Positions 16,112 to 25,844 of a stretch of 64,000 nt of DNA are shown here, in pieces; position 1 is the stretch's first letter, and the number at the start of each line of letters is the position of its first letter. The position numbers and the translations under genes are program-made. The notes beneath the pieces are model-generated. The model made no database searches. It worked only from the letters and a program-made list of their open reading frames with translations, and had not been told where the DNA came from. The stretch spans positions 64,001-128,000 of the forward strand of contig CAXBMO010000007.1 of the NCBI GenBank assembly GCA_963977015.1, in the 5' to 3' direction. The stretch comes from an uncultured bacterium. Its GTDB lineage: Bacteria > Verrucomicrobiota > Verrucomicrobiia > Verrucomicrobiales > DEV007.

Positions 16112-17346
16112 AGGGAGGGAGAACCAGCCTCTTCTTTGGATTCAAGCGAAGCCAAGAGCGAATTTTGTCCTTCAGGAGCATGAAAAACGCCACTGGTCTC
16201 AACCAACGATGCTCGATACACTTCCGATTCGCGCATCATGGCGTCATGCGCGGCTCTCAAATGATAGTGGGGAATATTCGGATAAAGGTGGTGGACCAGG
16301 TGGTAGTCGTTCCCATATCCCAAAAGGGCCCACCGGGTAAATGGATCAGCGTGAATGATTCGAGAGTTATCCAGTTTTCCCGTGCCCAGATTGGCATGCT
16401 GATAGATTTCGCGCAACAGCATCAAATAAGGAAACACATAGATCAAGGGAAGCAGCCAGAACAACATGTAGTAGAAGGCCAAATTGAATCCGGTGGCGAA
16501 ACGAACCCAGCCCATGGTCAAAAGAAGAACGCTATAGAAGACCAGTCGAATTGCTGCTGAGATTTTCGCTTCCTTGCGTCGGCCGGCTCTACCAAAACGA
16601 TCCAGAGGCAAAAACCTCCAAGCCGTCAGCCCAGCCCCCAAAAAGGCCAGAGGCAATACCACGATCAGGGTCGAGTTTCCGGTTGATGCTGAATACCGGA
16701 TGATCGCGATCAGCCCGATCAGGTAAAGAACTCCCAAAACGGTTGGCGAAAGGAAGCCTTTCGGCGCCTTCGCACCAGAAGCGTCCGCCGGGGATTGTCC
16801 CACCGCCAGCACCCGGAATAGATCCATCAGGTTTCGAAACACGAACGGAGGCCAAAAGAATTTGGCATAGTAGTTCCAGATAAACGTCGGGCGCGGCATC
16901 GGAAATCGAGCATACAGTTCCGAAGCCTTGTGGCCGGCAAGGTTTGGGTCCTTGTTCGGGTCATTGGGATGATAATGATGGCCCTGGTGTTTCGCCCGAT
17001 AAGAAGCAGCACTGCTCCAAAGCGGAAAAAAGCACAGCAAATTGGCCAATCTCTCGTTCCAAACGCGATTTGGGACCAACAGCCCGTGTGATGCTTCATG
17101 CCCCATCAAACCGATTCGGTGCATAAAGCATCCCGTCATCAAAACGGTAAACGCTCCCACGATCCAGGAAACCCAGCTGGCAACGCCCCAGTCCTCAAAG
17201 TGTGTCAGGCAATAAATGGCAACGAAATGCAGGCAAAACACTCCCAAATATTCGCCTCCAATGCACACGAGGTTGCGATAGGGACTCACACATGTCCACC
17301 GGCGCAACTCCGTTGATTCCAACAATGGTCGGTTAGCCTGGCTCAC
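16108..17346 (-). CDS. Membrane fatty-acid desaturase/hydroxylase superfamily protein
   Basis: His boxes HEASH, HQGHH, HLVHH; TM segments. Confidence 0.88.
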   Translation of the reverse strand: MSQANRPLLESTELRRWTCVSPYRNLVCIGGEYLGVFCLHFVAIYCLTHFEDWGVASWVSWIVGAFTVLMTGCFMHRIGLMGHEASHGLLVPNRVWNERLANLLCFFPLWSSAASYRAKHQGHHYHPNDPNKDPNLAGHKASELYARFPMPRPTFIWNYYAKFFWPPFVFRNLMDLFRVLAVGQSPADASGAKAPKGFLSPTVLGVLYLIGLIAIIRYSASTGNSTLIVVLPLAFLGAGLTAWRFLPLDRFGRAGRRKEAKISAAIRLVFYSVLLLTMGWVRFATGFNLAFYYMLFWLLPLIYVFPYLMLLREIYQHANLGTGKLDNSRIIHADPFTRWALLGYGNDYHLVHHLYPNIPHYHLRAAHDAMMRESEVYRASLVETSGVFHAPEGQNSLLASLESKEEAGSPSL

Positions 17347-17505
17347 AAAATCAGGAGGGATCTAAATTCTCAGACGAGCAACTTAATCGTTACCCTCAAA
17401 AAAACGCTAGATACTAGTCCACACGACTCAAAACAAGCTGAAAATTATAATAAAACCCAGCGCCAATAACCCGCATGGTATTAATAGGAGCGGGAATGCA
17501 GTTCC

Positions 17506-20358
17506 TCAGGAGGATTCAGTGACGACAGGGTGGAATGACTCGATCGCGAACGTCTTCTCTGGAAGACCCAAGTGCATCGACGCAAAGTCGTCAAAATTGG
17601 CCGGAACTTTGACCGGCCAGAATCGCTCGGCTTTGACATCCGCAATCACACCTTCAGCGCACTCTTGAGCAGCCTGATCATGAGCCTTTTGCAGGGTTTG
17701 GAACATTGAAATACCGGTATCGCCGGCTGCTTTCGGCAAATTGAAAAAGCCGCATCGTATTTGAGGACCAAATCGTTCGGTCAGCGAAAGCCTGTAAAGA
17801 GGCAGCTGGAGATCCTTCCAACGATACTCCTTCCCAGCCAATTCAAAACGAGCGTAGTCGGGAAGCCAATCGAGATTGGTCGATGACGTGACTTTGGAAA
17901 CGTGAACGCGCTGGGGGTCGTCCCCTTTGTCCGTCGTTTTGTAATCAAGAACCCGAACTTCACCTGTTTTCTCGTTTCGATCTATTCGGTCGACCTTTCC
18001 GCGAACAGCGACTCCATCGATCTCAATCTCAGATTCGAGATTGAGCTCCACCTCCTCAATCCTCCAGCCTTGTTCACGCTCTCGGACCTGCACCGCGGCC
18101 GCCGCTGACAACCGCTGCATCGCGGAACGAAGCTGAATCTTTACCGGAAGAGTCATCTCTCCGCCAAATCGCTCTTTGGCCAATTGATCCAGCGTGTCTT
18201 GAAAAAAGCTCCGCACAAGATCTTCGTCTCTGGAATCCTTAATCCCTGAATCCTCGCCAAACCTGCGCAATACCTCGTGGCAAAAGGTGCCAAATCCGGC
18301 CGCATCGAGTTCCAGCTTCTCTCCATCCACGCTGCGCATCTTCTCGATATGGCGGAGATAAAAATGCAGCGGCGAAGTAAGATAATCCCGAAACGCCGTC
18401 ACACCGATCGTCTCCAGTTTTGATAGGACCGTTCGCCGCTTCAGCAGAAACCCGGGAGTCCAAGGCAAATTGGACTCCTTGGTATCCACCTCCCGGAACA
18501 AAAAGTTCACCCTCTCTGCCAATTGGGCCTCCGGGCATCGAAACAGGAGCCGCGATGGACGCAACGGATCCCCCTTTCGAGAGCGTTTGCCAAACATCAC
18601 ATCAACTCGTCCACCGTCCTCTCGACAACGCAGGATGGACTCAAAGAGAAACGCATCCCGCGCCAAACGATCCTCGTTGGTTTTGAAATCCGCATGTTTG
18701 GCGAGAATGACACGCAGCCGTTCAGGCAAATACACATCACCCACGATCGATTCCGGCACCATTCCGTCGTTGAATCCCGAGACCAACAGATGAGGAGCAT
18801 CGTCCCAACCAAGTTCAAGCCATCCAAGCAATTCAACGGCTCCCAGAGGGCGTTCGTCATAGAGCTGCTCAGCTTCCAAAAACTGGAGAATCAGATCGAA
18901 ACTCTCGGCAGGTTTCAACTTCAGCGGCTTTGCCAAGGGCCCGCCGAGTGCGTCCAGAATTGGACTCAACCGCTCCCAAGCCAATCGGAGAATCCGCTCC
19001 CCCTCGCTTCCCGGCATTGGGGCCCGTGCCGAAAAAACGTCGTGCAGAATCTCGGGTAAACAGGTCGCCAGCGGTTTTCTCTGCAGCGTCCTCAAGAGCG
19101 CCTCAGTGTCATTCAACGCGGTCAGCATTTCCAACGTGACGTAGGATTTGCCGATCCTCATGAAATGGCGCAAGTCGCGAAGGTTTTGCGGCAGATGCTC
19201 CTGATACAAATCGTCAAATCGGCGAAAGACGCTCGCCGTATCCCAAAACATGAGTTTTCCAGAAAGAAACGCGAGGTAATCGGGGCACCGCAGCAGTTCG
19301 ATAAAGGAATGGTAACTGCGGTCCTTCAACAGGCGCCCCAACGCCCGGAAAAAATGGAGCGCCCCCTGAGTCCGAAGCGGCTTCCCCTGAGGATTGAACG
19401 TCGCAATTCCAGCGGAACTCAGGCTCCGCTCAATTGCGGGAGCAACCTCTTCATCGAGAACACCGATTGTCGCACTCTGTGAAGGATCCTCATAGACACA
19501 AATGCGCTCGGTCAGCGCTTCGGCCTGTGCCAGGGAATCAGGAAGAACGTGAATGGTCTGTTCCTCGTCGCGAATCGTGATTTCGTGATCCCGCCACACT
19601 TGGGAAATCGGTCTTCCCCAGCCGTCAAAGGCTTCCGCCAGCTCTTCAGGCGCATGAATCAGCACCTGGGTCGGAATCTGATGGCTGATCTGCTGCAAAA
19701 CCTGAAGCGCGATGGGGATGGGATCCGGAGTTGCAGCAACGACAATTTCCCGGACACCCGGTGGTAGATCGGCCTTTTTCACAGCCCTCTTCCGGACCGA
19801 CACCGCGTCATGGAGATCGTGACGAGCCAGTTGCTTCTTGAAAGCTGCTTCCAATTTGGCCAACTCGAGCCAGCGGTCCTCATCTTCAAACTCCTCCGCT
19901 ACCAGTTTTGGAATGTCCTCCATCTCCAGAGCAGACTCACCCAGCGTTTGACGCAGTTCTGCCAATCCACGGGCCATTCCCTGAGCCCAGGCGAAATCCT
20001 GGCGAACCGGAGCAACCGGGAACAACGCATGAAACCTCTCCAGATCCGCTCTCAACAGGACATAAATCCAGGCAAGCTGGCTTTCTTCTGCCGTCGCAAG
20101 TTTCCCTGATTCAGGCGTCGAAATGAGACTCAGCAAGAATTCTGTGGGAACGACTTGAGGCGCGAGCATCGCTTTTCCCTTCTCATGCGCCAGGTTGGCC
20201 AGCATCTCCCGCAATCGCCGCCCCGCGTTCCGCGTTGGGACGATGACCAACAGTTCACTGAGATCGAGCATGCCCTCTTCAGCCCGCCCCATCAGGAACT
20301 CGCCCACCAACTCAAGCGTTGGGCGTTTCCAGCCTAAAAAATGTCTCGTCGCAGGCAT
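17506..20358 (-). CDS. AddB/RexB-like protein: inactive helicase fold plus C-terminal PD-(D/E)XK nuclease
   Basis: VPTRNAGRRLRE N-terminus; GTFCHEVL, RGKVDRID, VLDYKT, LQLPLY. Confidence 0.82.
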   Translation of the reverse strand: MPATRHFLGWKRPTLELVGEFLMGRAEEGMLDLSELLVIVPTRNAGRRLREMLANLAHEKGKAMLAPQVVPTEFLLSLISTPESGKLATAEESQLAWIYVLLRADLERFHALFPVAPVRQDFAWAQGMARGLAELRQTLGESALEMEDIPKLVAEEFEDEDRWLELAKLEAAFKKQLARHDLHDAVSVRKRAVKKADLPPGVREIVVAATPDPIPIALQVLQQISHQIPTQVLIHAPEELAEAFDGWGRPISQVWRDHEITIRDEEQTIHVLPDSLAQAEALTERICVYEDPSQSATIGVLDEEVAPAIERSLSSAGIATFNPQGKPLRTQGALHFFRALGRLLKDRSYHSFIELLRCPDYLAFLSGKLMFWDTASVFRRFDDLYQEHLPQNLRDLRHFMRIGKSYVTLEMLTALNDTEALLRTLQRKPLATCLPEILHDVFSARAPMPGSEGERILRLAWERLSPILDALGGPLAKPLKLKPAESFDLILQFLEAEQLYDERPLGAVELLGWLELGWDDAPHLLVSGFNDGMVPESIVGDVYLPERLRVILAKHADFKTNEDRLARDAFLFESILRCREDGGRVDVMFGKRSRKGDPLRPSRLLFRCPEAQLAERVNFLFREVDTKESNLPWTPGFLLKRRTVLSKLETIGVTAFRDYLTSPLHFYLRHIEKMRSVDGEKLELDAAGFGTFCHEVLRRFGEDSGIKDSRDEDLVRSFFQDTLDQLAKERFGGEMTLPVKIQLRSAMQRLSAAAAVQVREREQGWRIEEVELNLESEIEIDGVAVRGKVDRIDRNEKTGEVRVLDYKTTDKGDDPQRVHVSKVTSSTNLDWLPDYARFELAGKEYRWKDLQLPLYRLSLTERFGPQIRCGFFNLPKAAGDTGISMFQTLQKAHDQAAQECAEGVIADVKAERFWPVKVPANFDDFASMHLGLPEKTFAIESFHPVVTESS

Positions 20359-20428
20359 TGTTTCTCGTGTGCGGCAGAATGCACCCCGTTGCCTGCGACA
20401 GCAAGCGTCAGCCATCACTAACAACCAC

Positions 20429-20474
20429 AAAAAAAATCCGCTCTTCGACAGGGAAAAATCCTCATCAAAGAGCG
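20429..20474 (-). terminator. Rho-independent terminator (minus strand)
   Basis: CGCTCTT.GA..GGGA-aaaa-TCCT..TC.AAGAGCG stem, followed on the minus strand by T8. Confidence 0.7.
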
Positions 20475-20512
20475 AACCTTGTGGTGCGTGGCCGTTACGG
20501 GCGGTGTCAAAT

Positions 20513-20737
20513 TTAGTGGGGCGTTCGCCTGTGGCGCCCTCGTTTCCGTTGTCGACAAAAGGTCAATGCGCTCTTCATCGATTCAGACAGAGTCAGCGTT
20601 CGCGGAACTATCGACTCGGGCTGCACCGTTGATGTGGTGACCATCAACACCCGGGTCTGTTGAGGTAATTCTGCGTCTCGTGGTAAACACCCACTCTGGC
20701 GAGAAAACTCAGCAAAACTCTGATCAATGCGTTGCAT
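20513..20737 (-). CDS. Possible 74-aa small protein with basic tail (or an sRNA)
   Basis: ATG-started ORF between an AT-rich upstream region and the 20429-20474 terminator; no recognisable motif. Confidence 0.4.
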   Translation of the reverse strand: MQRIDQSFAEFSRQSGCLPRDAELPQQTRVLMVTTSTVQPESIVPRTLTLSESMKSALTFCRQRKRGRHRRTPH

Positions 20738-20868
20738 GATTTGGACAATGTGAGGAAACCTCCCTCAGTTCGGCATCATCCTAATCAGGTGCACAATTCC
20801 GTTCAAGAATTATTTAGCAAAAATTGATAATAACTCAAAGTTAGCTAATTGTCAGACAAATCACAGGG

Positions 20869-22161
20869 TCAATCTCGCGACAAAATCACGGTCTCTTGCC
20901 GACCGTAAACCCGGTATTTGATTCCCGCCCAGGTAATCCCCCGTATCAGGGCAGCGCTCAGAACAATGACAAAGTGCACCGCCATGTTGAAGGTTGTCGT
21001 GACCAATTCCAACGCTCTCGCGGTTCGAAGCTTCCGAATCGTCTCTTGGTCAAACTGCTCCTTCAAATAGGAAGTTCTGAGAGCAAATTTGAGCAGGATC
21101 ATCACAGCAACGATCGCAATCGGAACCAGGGCCTGGGGATCTCGCAAAACCAGCAATCTCCACCAAGTCGTTCCCGCTCCCAAAAGCCATGATCCGGTAA
21201 AGAAGAGCGCAATGCCCCAATAGCGGGGGACATAGGTCAAGACCTGAAAATACTGGCGTCGACCAAATTCAAACAGGCTGCCCCATGAATAATCAACCGG
21301 AGACGGGGCCATCAAGGATCTGACGAAATAGAGCTCCTTTCCCGATTCCCTAGCGACTCGAGAAATCTGGAGATCGTCATTCAAACTTCCCCGCAACGCT
21401 TCGGGAACCTGGATTTCGTCAAACACTTTTCGGGAAAGCGCCATGGAACCACCCCACAAAAGGGTGTGCCAGCGCGGTCCCGCGAGCACGCCAATGCCCG
21501 AGTTAATATTCGTCGCAACGAGGTTTGAGAAGTGGTTCGATTTTGGGATAAACCACCGATAACCACTCGTCAGTTCAGCCTCTCCCACGTTGATCGGAGT
21601 GATCAGCATCTTCAGCCATCCGTCACCACCGACAATATCAGCGTCCGCAAAGGCGACGATTTGCTCATCCCGCAGATGCTTGAACGCAGCAAGTTGGTTG
21701 TGGACCTTCTGGCCCTCATCCCCAGCCAAACCGGCAACGACAAACTCGACCTCATTGGCGCCGGTCGTTCTCCCTTCCGGCCGGGTCCAATGCGTCGCCT
21801 CTGGCGCAATCTGCAAATACTCGCGAATGGCAAGCTGGGCCGGATCCTCGGCGGATTGGGTCACGAAAATGATCCGGTAATTCGGATAATCCTGGTTCAG
21901 GATTAGATCGAGAAAGTGCTCAAAGCTGGACGAAACACCTTTGGCGGGAATGATCAGGGCAACACTCTGTTGCGGGAACTCACGGGACAACTTCTCCAGC
22001 CGGTTGCGTTGTCGAATCAACAGTTTTCGCGAGAGCCAAGCCTTCAACGGACCATAACCAGCCTGTATTAGCCACCACGCAGTGATGATCTTGAAAAATA
22101 TGGTGATAGCAGGATGCAAGAGATCAATCGAACCGCCCTTCCAATAGCTGATACCACCCAA
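20869..22161 (-). CDS. Membrane glycosyltransferase, GT2/GT21 (ceramide glucosyltransferase/HpnI-like)
   Basis: IIPAKG, QKVHNQL, FADAD, GYRW, WGGSM, DD, FGRRQ; N- and C-terminal TMs; start uncertain. Confidence 0.85.
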   Translation of the reverse strand: MGGISYWKGGSIDLLHPAITIFFKIITAWWLIQAGYGPLKAWLSRKLLIRQRNRLEKLSREFPQQSVALIIPAKGVSSSFEHFLDLILNQDYPNYRIIFVTQSAEDPAQLAIREYLQIAPEATHWTRPEGRTTGANEVEFVVAGLAGDEGQKVHNQLAAFKHLRDEQIVAFADADIVGGDGWLKMLITPINVGEAELTSGYRWFIPKSNHFSNLVATNINSGIGVLAGPRWHTLLWGGSMALSRKVFDEIQVPEALRGSLNDDLQISRVARESGKELYFVRSLMAPSPVDYSWGSLFEFGRRQYFQVLTYVPRYWGIALFFTGSWLLGAGTTWWRLLVLRDPQALVPIAIVAVMILLKFALRTSYLKEQFDQETIRKLRTARALELVTTTFNMAVHFVIVLSAALIRGITWAGIKYRVYGRQETVILSRD

Positions 22162-22256
22162 GGGTCAAGCGCGGGCCTCTCCCTAATTGGCAGGGAAAGC
22201 TTCGCTTACTTGACAGAGGCTGGCGATTGCCAAAGGATTTCCAAAATCCTCTCGCC

Positions 22257-23585
22257 ATGACTTCCCGACTTCCGCTTTTAGCCGCCGTAGCCCTCTGTTT
22301 CCCATTTTGCCAGCTTTCGGCGGAAAACTGGCCCAATTGGCGGGGCCCCAACCAAAACGGATCGACTGACGAAACCAACCTCCCCGAGAAATTCTCCAAG
22401 ACAGAGAACGTCAAATGGAAGGTCGAGTTGCCGGGAGCGGGTTCATCCACACCGGTCATCTGGGAAAATCACGTTTTCCTGACTTCAGCCAACGCTGATA
22501 AGAACTCGGTTGGCCTGGCCTTGGATCGCGAAACCGGCAAGGAGCTTTGGCGCAAGGAGTTTCCCGGTGTCGGCAAAGACAAGAGAAGCAATTTCGCCGC
22601 TCCATCCGCAGTTACGGACGGCAAAACCGTGACGTTCTTTTTCGGGAACGGCCAGATTGGTGTTTACGACTTTGACGGAAAGGAACTTTGGACGGGCGAT
22701 ATCGCGGAGCGCATCGGCGGATTTGCTTTCGGATGGACGTTTTCATCGAGCCCGGTGCTACACGGCGACCACCTCTATCTGCAAATCCTGCAACGCGACG
22801 AACCGGTTGAAGGCCGCGGCCAGGAAAATGCCGAGTCATTCATTCTCGCACTCAACGTCACGACCGGTGAAGAAGTGTTCCGGCAACCTCGCCCTTCAAA
22901 GGCTTTGATGGAATCCCGCGAAGCCTTCACTTCGCCGATTTTGGCCAATGTTGATGGACGCGAAGAACTGGTCATCATCGGAGGAGATTGCATCACCGGT
23001 CATGATCTGGACGACAATTGCAAAGAGCTCTGGCGTTGGGGAACCTGGAATCCGGATCGCGAAAAATGGTGGAGAGTTGTCCCCTCTCCAGTGTATGGCG
23101 ATGGCGTCTTTTTGGCATGTGCACCGAAAAAGAACCCGATTTTCGCAGTCAAAGCTGGCCTGAATGGCAATCTCGATGACTCCAGCCTCGCGTGGGTGAG
23201 TGAAGTGAGCAAGGAACAGCCGATCACGAGCGATGTTTCGACGCCACTCTACTATCAGGGCCGGTTTTATGTCCTGAGCAGCGACGCCAAAGCCTTGGTT
23301 TGTCTGGATCCGAAGACTGGCAAGGTGATCTACAGCGAGCAAATCGCCGCCAGCAGCATCAATCGTCAAAAGCTGGAGGCTTCCCCGACCGCCGGTGACG
23401 GCAAAATCTACCTTCTCAACCAACTCGGTGACGCCTTCGTGGTTGCGGCAGGCGACGAATACAAGCTGCTGCACCATGCCGAAATGGGGGAGACGCTTAG
23501 CAATATCACCCGATCCAGTATCGCAATTTCCCAAGGCAATCTCTTCATCCGGACCGATACGGATCTGTATTGCATTGGAGAATGA
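22257..23585 (+). CDS. PQQ-like/BamB-type beta-propeller protein (PVC-expanded family)
   Basis: Signal peptide, ENWPNWRGP, SSTPV, TGKELW repeats, LFIRT..LYCIG end. Confidence 0.9.
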   Translation: MTSRLPLLAAVALCFPFCQLSAENWPNWRGPNQNGSTDETNLPEKFSKTENVKWKVELPGAGSSTPVIWENHVFLTSANADKNSVGLALDRETGKELWRKEFPGVGKDKRSNFAAPSAVTDGKTVTFFFGNGQIGVYDFDGKELWTGDIAERIGGFAFGWTFSSSPVLHGDHLYLQILQRDEPVEGRGQENAESFILALNVTTGEEVFRQPRPSKALMESREAFTSPILANVDGREELVIIGGDCITGHDLDDNCKELWRWGTWNPDREKWWRVVPSPVYGDGVFLACAPKKNPIFAVKAGLNGNLDDSSLAWVSEVSKEQPITSDVSTPLYYQGRFYVLSSDAKALVCLDPKTGKVIYSEQIAASSINRQKLEASPTAGDGKIYLLNQLGDAFVVAAGDEYKLLHHAEMGETLSNITRSSIAISQGNLFIRTDTDLYCIGE

Positions 23586-23599
23586 GGCTCTGAACCGGC

Positions 23600-23671
23600 T
23601 GAGAAACGGCGTTGCCAAGCAAGCGGGGCGAAATTATCCTAAGAATTTCGCTCCCCAAACGCCGTTTCTCA
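23600..23671. repeat. Nested perfect inverted repeats (14 bp outer, 8 bp inner)
   Basis: TGAGAAACGGCGTT (23600-13) / AACGCCGTTTCTCA (23658-71); GCGAAATT (23628-35) / AATTTCGC (23644-51). Confidence 0.85.
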
Positions 23672-23675
23672 TTAG

Positions 23676-24218
23676 ATGCCCACGAATGGCACATCTCCTT
23701 CCGGTTCTGAATCGCCGGAAGACTTTGTCGCGTTGGTCCTCGCCAATCAGGTCAGGATTCGCAACTTCATACGCTCATTGATCTCAAACCGCGAAGACGC
23801 CGAAGACCTATTCCAAAAAACCAGCGTGGTCCTGTGGCGAAAGTTCAGCCAATACGAACCCGGAACCAATTTCGCCTCCTGGGCAATGCGGGTCGCCTAT
23901 TTCGAAGTCTGCGACTACCGCAAAAAAATGGCCCGAGCCAGGGTTACCTTCAGTCAGGAGGTGTTCGACGCGCTGGCCGAGAAAGTCTCCGAAATCTCTC
24001 AGGATGAGGACATTCGACGCGACGCCCTCGAGATTTGCATTGATGGTCTCAGCGAAACCAATCGGGAATTGGTTCGCCTCCGCTACATCGAGGACCTGCC
24101 GATGGAGGATGTGGCCAAACAGATCGATCGTCCTTCCAAAACCGTTTATCGAATTCTCAAACAAGTTCGCAGTTGGCTTTTAAACTGCATCCAACACCGA
24201 TTGGCTCGTGAAATATGA
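23676..24218 (+). CDS. ECF sigma-70 factor (Planctomycete/Verrucomicrobia type)
   Basis: DAEDLFQ..VLWRKF..YEPGTNFASWA; region 4 HTH; coupled to the FecR gene. Confidence 0.92.
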   Translation: MPTNGTSPSGSESPEDFVALVLANQVRIRNFIRSLISNREDAEDLFQKTSVVLWRKFSQYEPGTNFASWAMRVAYFEVCDYRKKMARARVTFSQEVFDALAEKVSEISQDEDIRRDALEICIDGLSETNRELVRLRYIEDLPMEDVAKQIDRPSKTVYRILKQVRSWLLNCIQHRLAREI

Positions 24219-25837
24219 ACAGCGACAATTCTCCTGAAAAACTCAGCCGTCTCATTGCCGCGTGGTGCGACGACAGCATCACCGATGACGAAATGCGCCA
24301 GCTGAATTGGTTGCTTCTCGGAAACGATGAGGGCCAGCGCATGTTTGCTGAGATGACCAACCTCAACTCCATGTTGGAGCAATTGGGTCCGGAACTTGAA
24401 GCTTCGAAGATCGTTCCCTTACCCACCCCTCAGGTTGAACCCGAAATCCAGCCACGCGGTCAGAATTGGCGTGTTGTCCTGGAGATTGCCGCTGTTTTTG
24501 TGGCAGTGGTCTCGCTGGCCTGGGCCATCTTGGGCCAAATCGGCACGAAGCAATCCGCCAATGGAATCGGCATTGCCGAATCTAACGCCTCGCCCTCCGC
24601 AGCATTCGCGCTCTTGACTCATTCAATTGGCGCGCAATGGACCCATGAAGAGGAAGAATTGCGTGCCGGCTCCATCCTTGGCAAGCAGACCATCCACTTG
24701 GCCGCGGGACTCCTTCATCTACAGTTCTACAACGGCGTAAAAGTGGTGTTGGAAGGGCCCGCCGATTTTGAGATTCTCTCCATGGAGGAGAGCTATTGTC
24801 GAAAAGGCCGATTTCACGCCAGCGTCCCTCCTCACGCTCAGGGATTCATCGTCCACACCCCAACGGGTGAATTGATCGATCATGGCACGGAATTCGGCTT
24901 GGAAGTGCGGGATGACGGCAGTTCCGAGATCCACGTCTTCGACGGAGAGGTTTCCTTTCGAAACACCGATGCGGAGACCATTGCCCAACTCACCCCCGGC
25001 GAAGCCGCACAAATTGACGAACTGGGCCGCCCCCTCCCCCTCCTGGCTGATCCGACCGCATTTGCCAGCAACACGGATTTGATGCGCTGGTACGCCGACG
25101 ACATGGCCCGCCAACTGGCCCAGTGGTATCACACCAATCAGCGATGGCGGAACGACTCCCGCCTTCTCGCCTACTATGATTTTGATACGGCCGACTACCT
25201 CACCGGCATCCTTCCCGCTGAAACGCGCAATCCTTGGGCCGCGGGCCAGGATGGCGTCATTATCGGTGCCAGTTACACGGAAGGACGATGGCCGGGCAAA
25301 GGCGCCCTCCATTTTTCACGACCGGCGGATCGCGTTCGGGTCCGGATTCCAGGTTATCACGATGCGCTTACCCTAACGACATGGGTCAAGATCGACAATC
25401 TTCAGAATCGCCGGCACGGCCTCCTGTTGAGCGATGGCTTCGATCATGGAGCAGTGCACTGGCAGCTGGATGGCGGAACTGGTGACCTCATCTTGGAAAC
25501 CCGCCGGGAAGAAGGCGAAACCTCTTCCTATATCTCTCCCGGCGCCCTGACGTCCAAAGATCTGGGCGAATGGATTCACCTCGCCTGTGTTTATGATCGA
25601 ATCACCGGATTCGTCGCTCATTATCTGAACGGAAAGGAAGTGGGGAACATGCCACTTCAGTTCGACGTGCGCTTGCGGGCTGGGATTGCCGAGATCGGAA
25701 ACTGGGGATTCGATCAAGCCGGGAAACAGCATGCGGACCACAACTTGATTGGAACGATGGACGAGTTCTCGGTTTACGGAGAGGTGTTGGATTCGGGCGA
25801 GATCGCCGAGATTTACGACGAAGGCAGACGCCGGTAG
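24215..25837 (+). CDS. FecR-domain anti-sigma factor with C-terminal LamG/ConA domain
   Basis: One TM, LEGPA, DHGTEFG, HVFDGEV, WIHLACVYD, GTMDEF. Confidence 0.88.
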   Translation: MNSDNSPEKLSRLIAAWCDDSITDDEMRQLNWLLLGNDEGQRMFAEMTNLNSMLEQLGPELEASKIVPLPTPQVEPEIQPRGQNWRVVLEIAAVFVAVVSLAWAILGQIGTKQSANGIGIAESNASPSAAFALLTHSIGAQWTHEEEELRAGSILGKQTIHLAAGLLHLQFYNGVKVVLEGPADFEILSMEESYCRKGRFHASVPPHAQGFIVHTPTGELIDHGTEFGLEVRDDGSSEIHVFDGEVSFRNTDAETIAQLTPGEAAQIDELGRPLPLLADPTAFASNTDLMRWYADDMARQLAQWYHTNQRWRNDSRLLAYYDFDTADYLTGILPAETRNPWAAGQDGVIIGASYTEGRWPGKGALHFSRPADRVRVRIPGYHDALTLTTWVKIDNLQNRRHGLLLSDGFDHGAVHWQLDGGTGDLILETRREEGETSSYISPGALTSKDLGEWIHLACVYDRITGFVAHYLNGKEVGNMPLQFDVRLRAGIAEIGNWGFDQAGKQHADHNLIGTMDEFSVYGEVLDSGEIAEIYDEGRRR

Positions 25838-25844
25838 GTCTCGG

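Noticed and set aside
16108-17346. Desaturase as carotenoid ketolase CrtW
   Set aside because: Much longer than CrtW, far from the crt genes, and acyclic C30 products have no rings to ketolate
20869-22161. Glycosyltransferase as carotenoid glucosyltransferase CrtQ
   Set aside because: Motifs fit GT21/HpnI-like enzymes better, and it is not linked to the crt cluster
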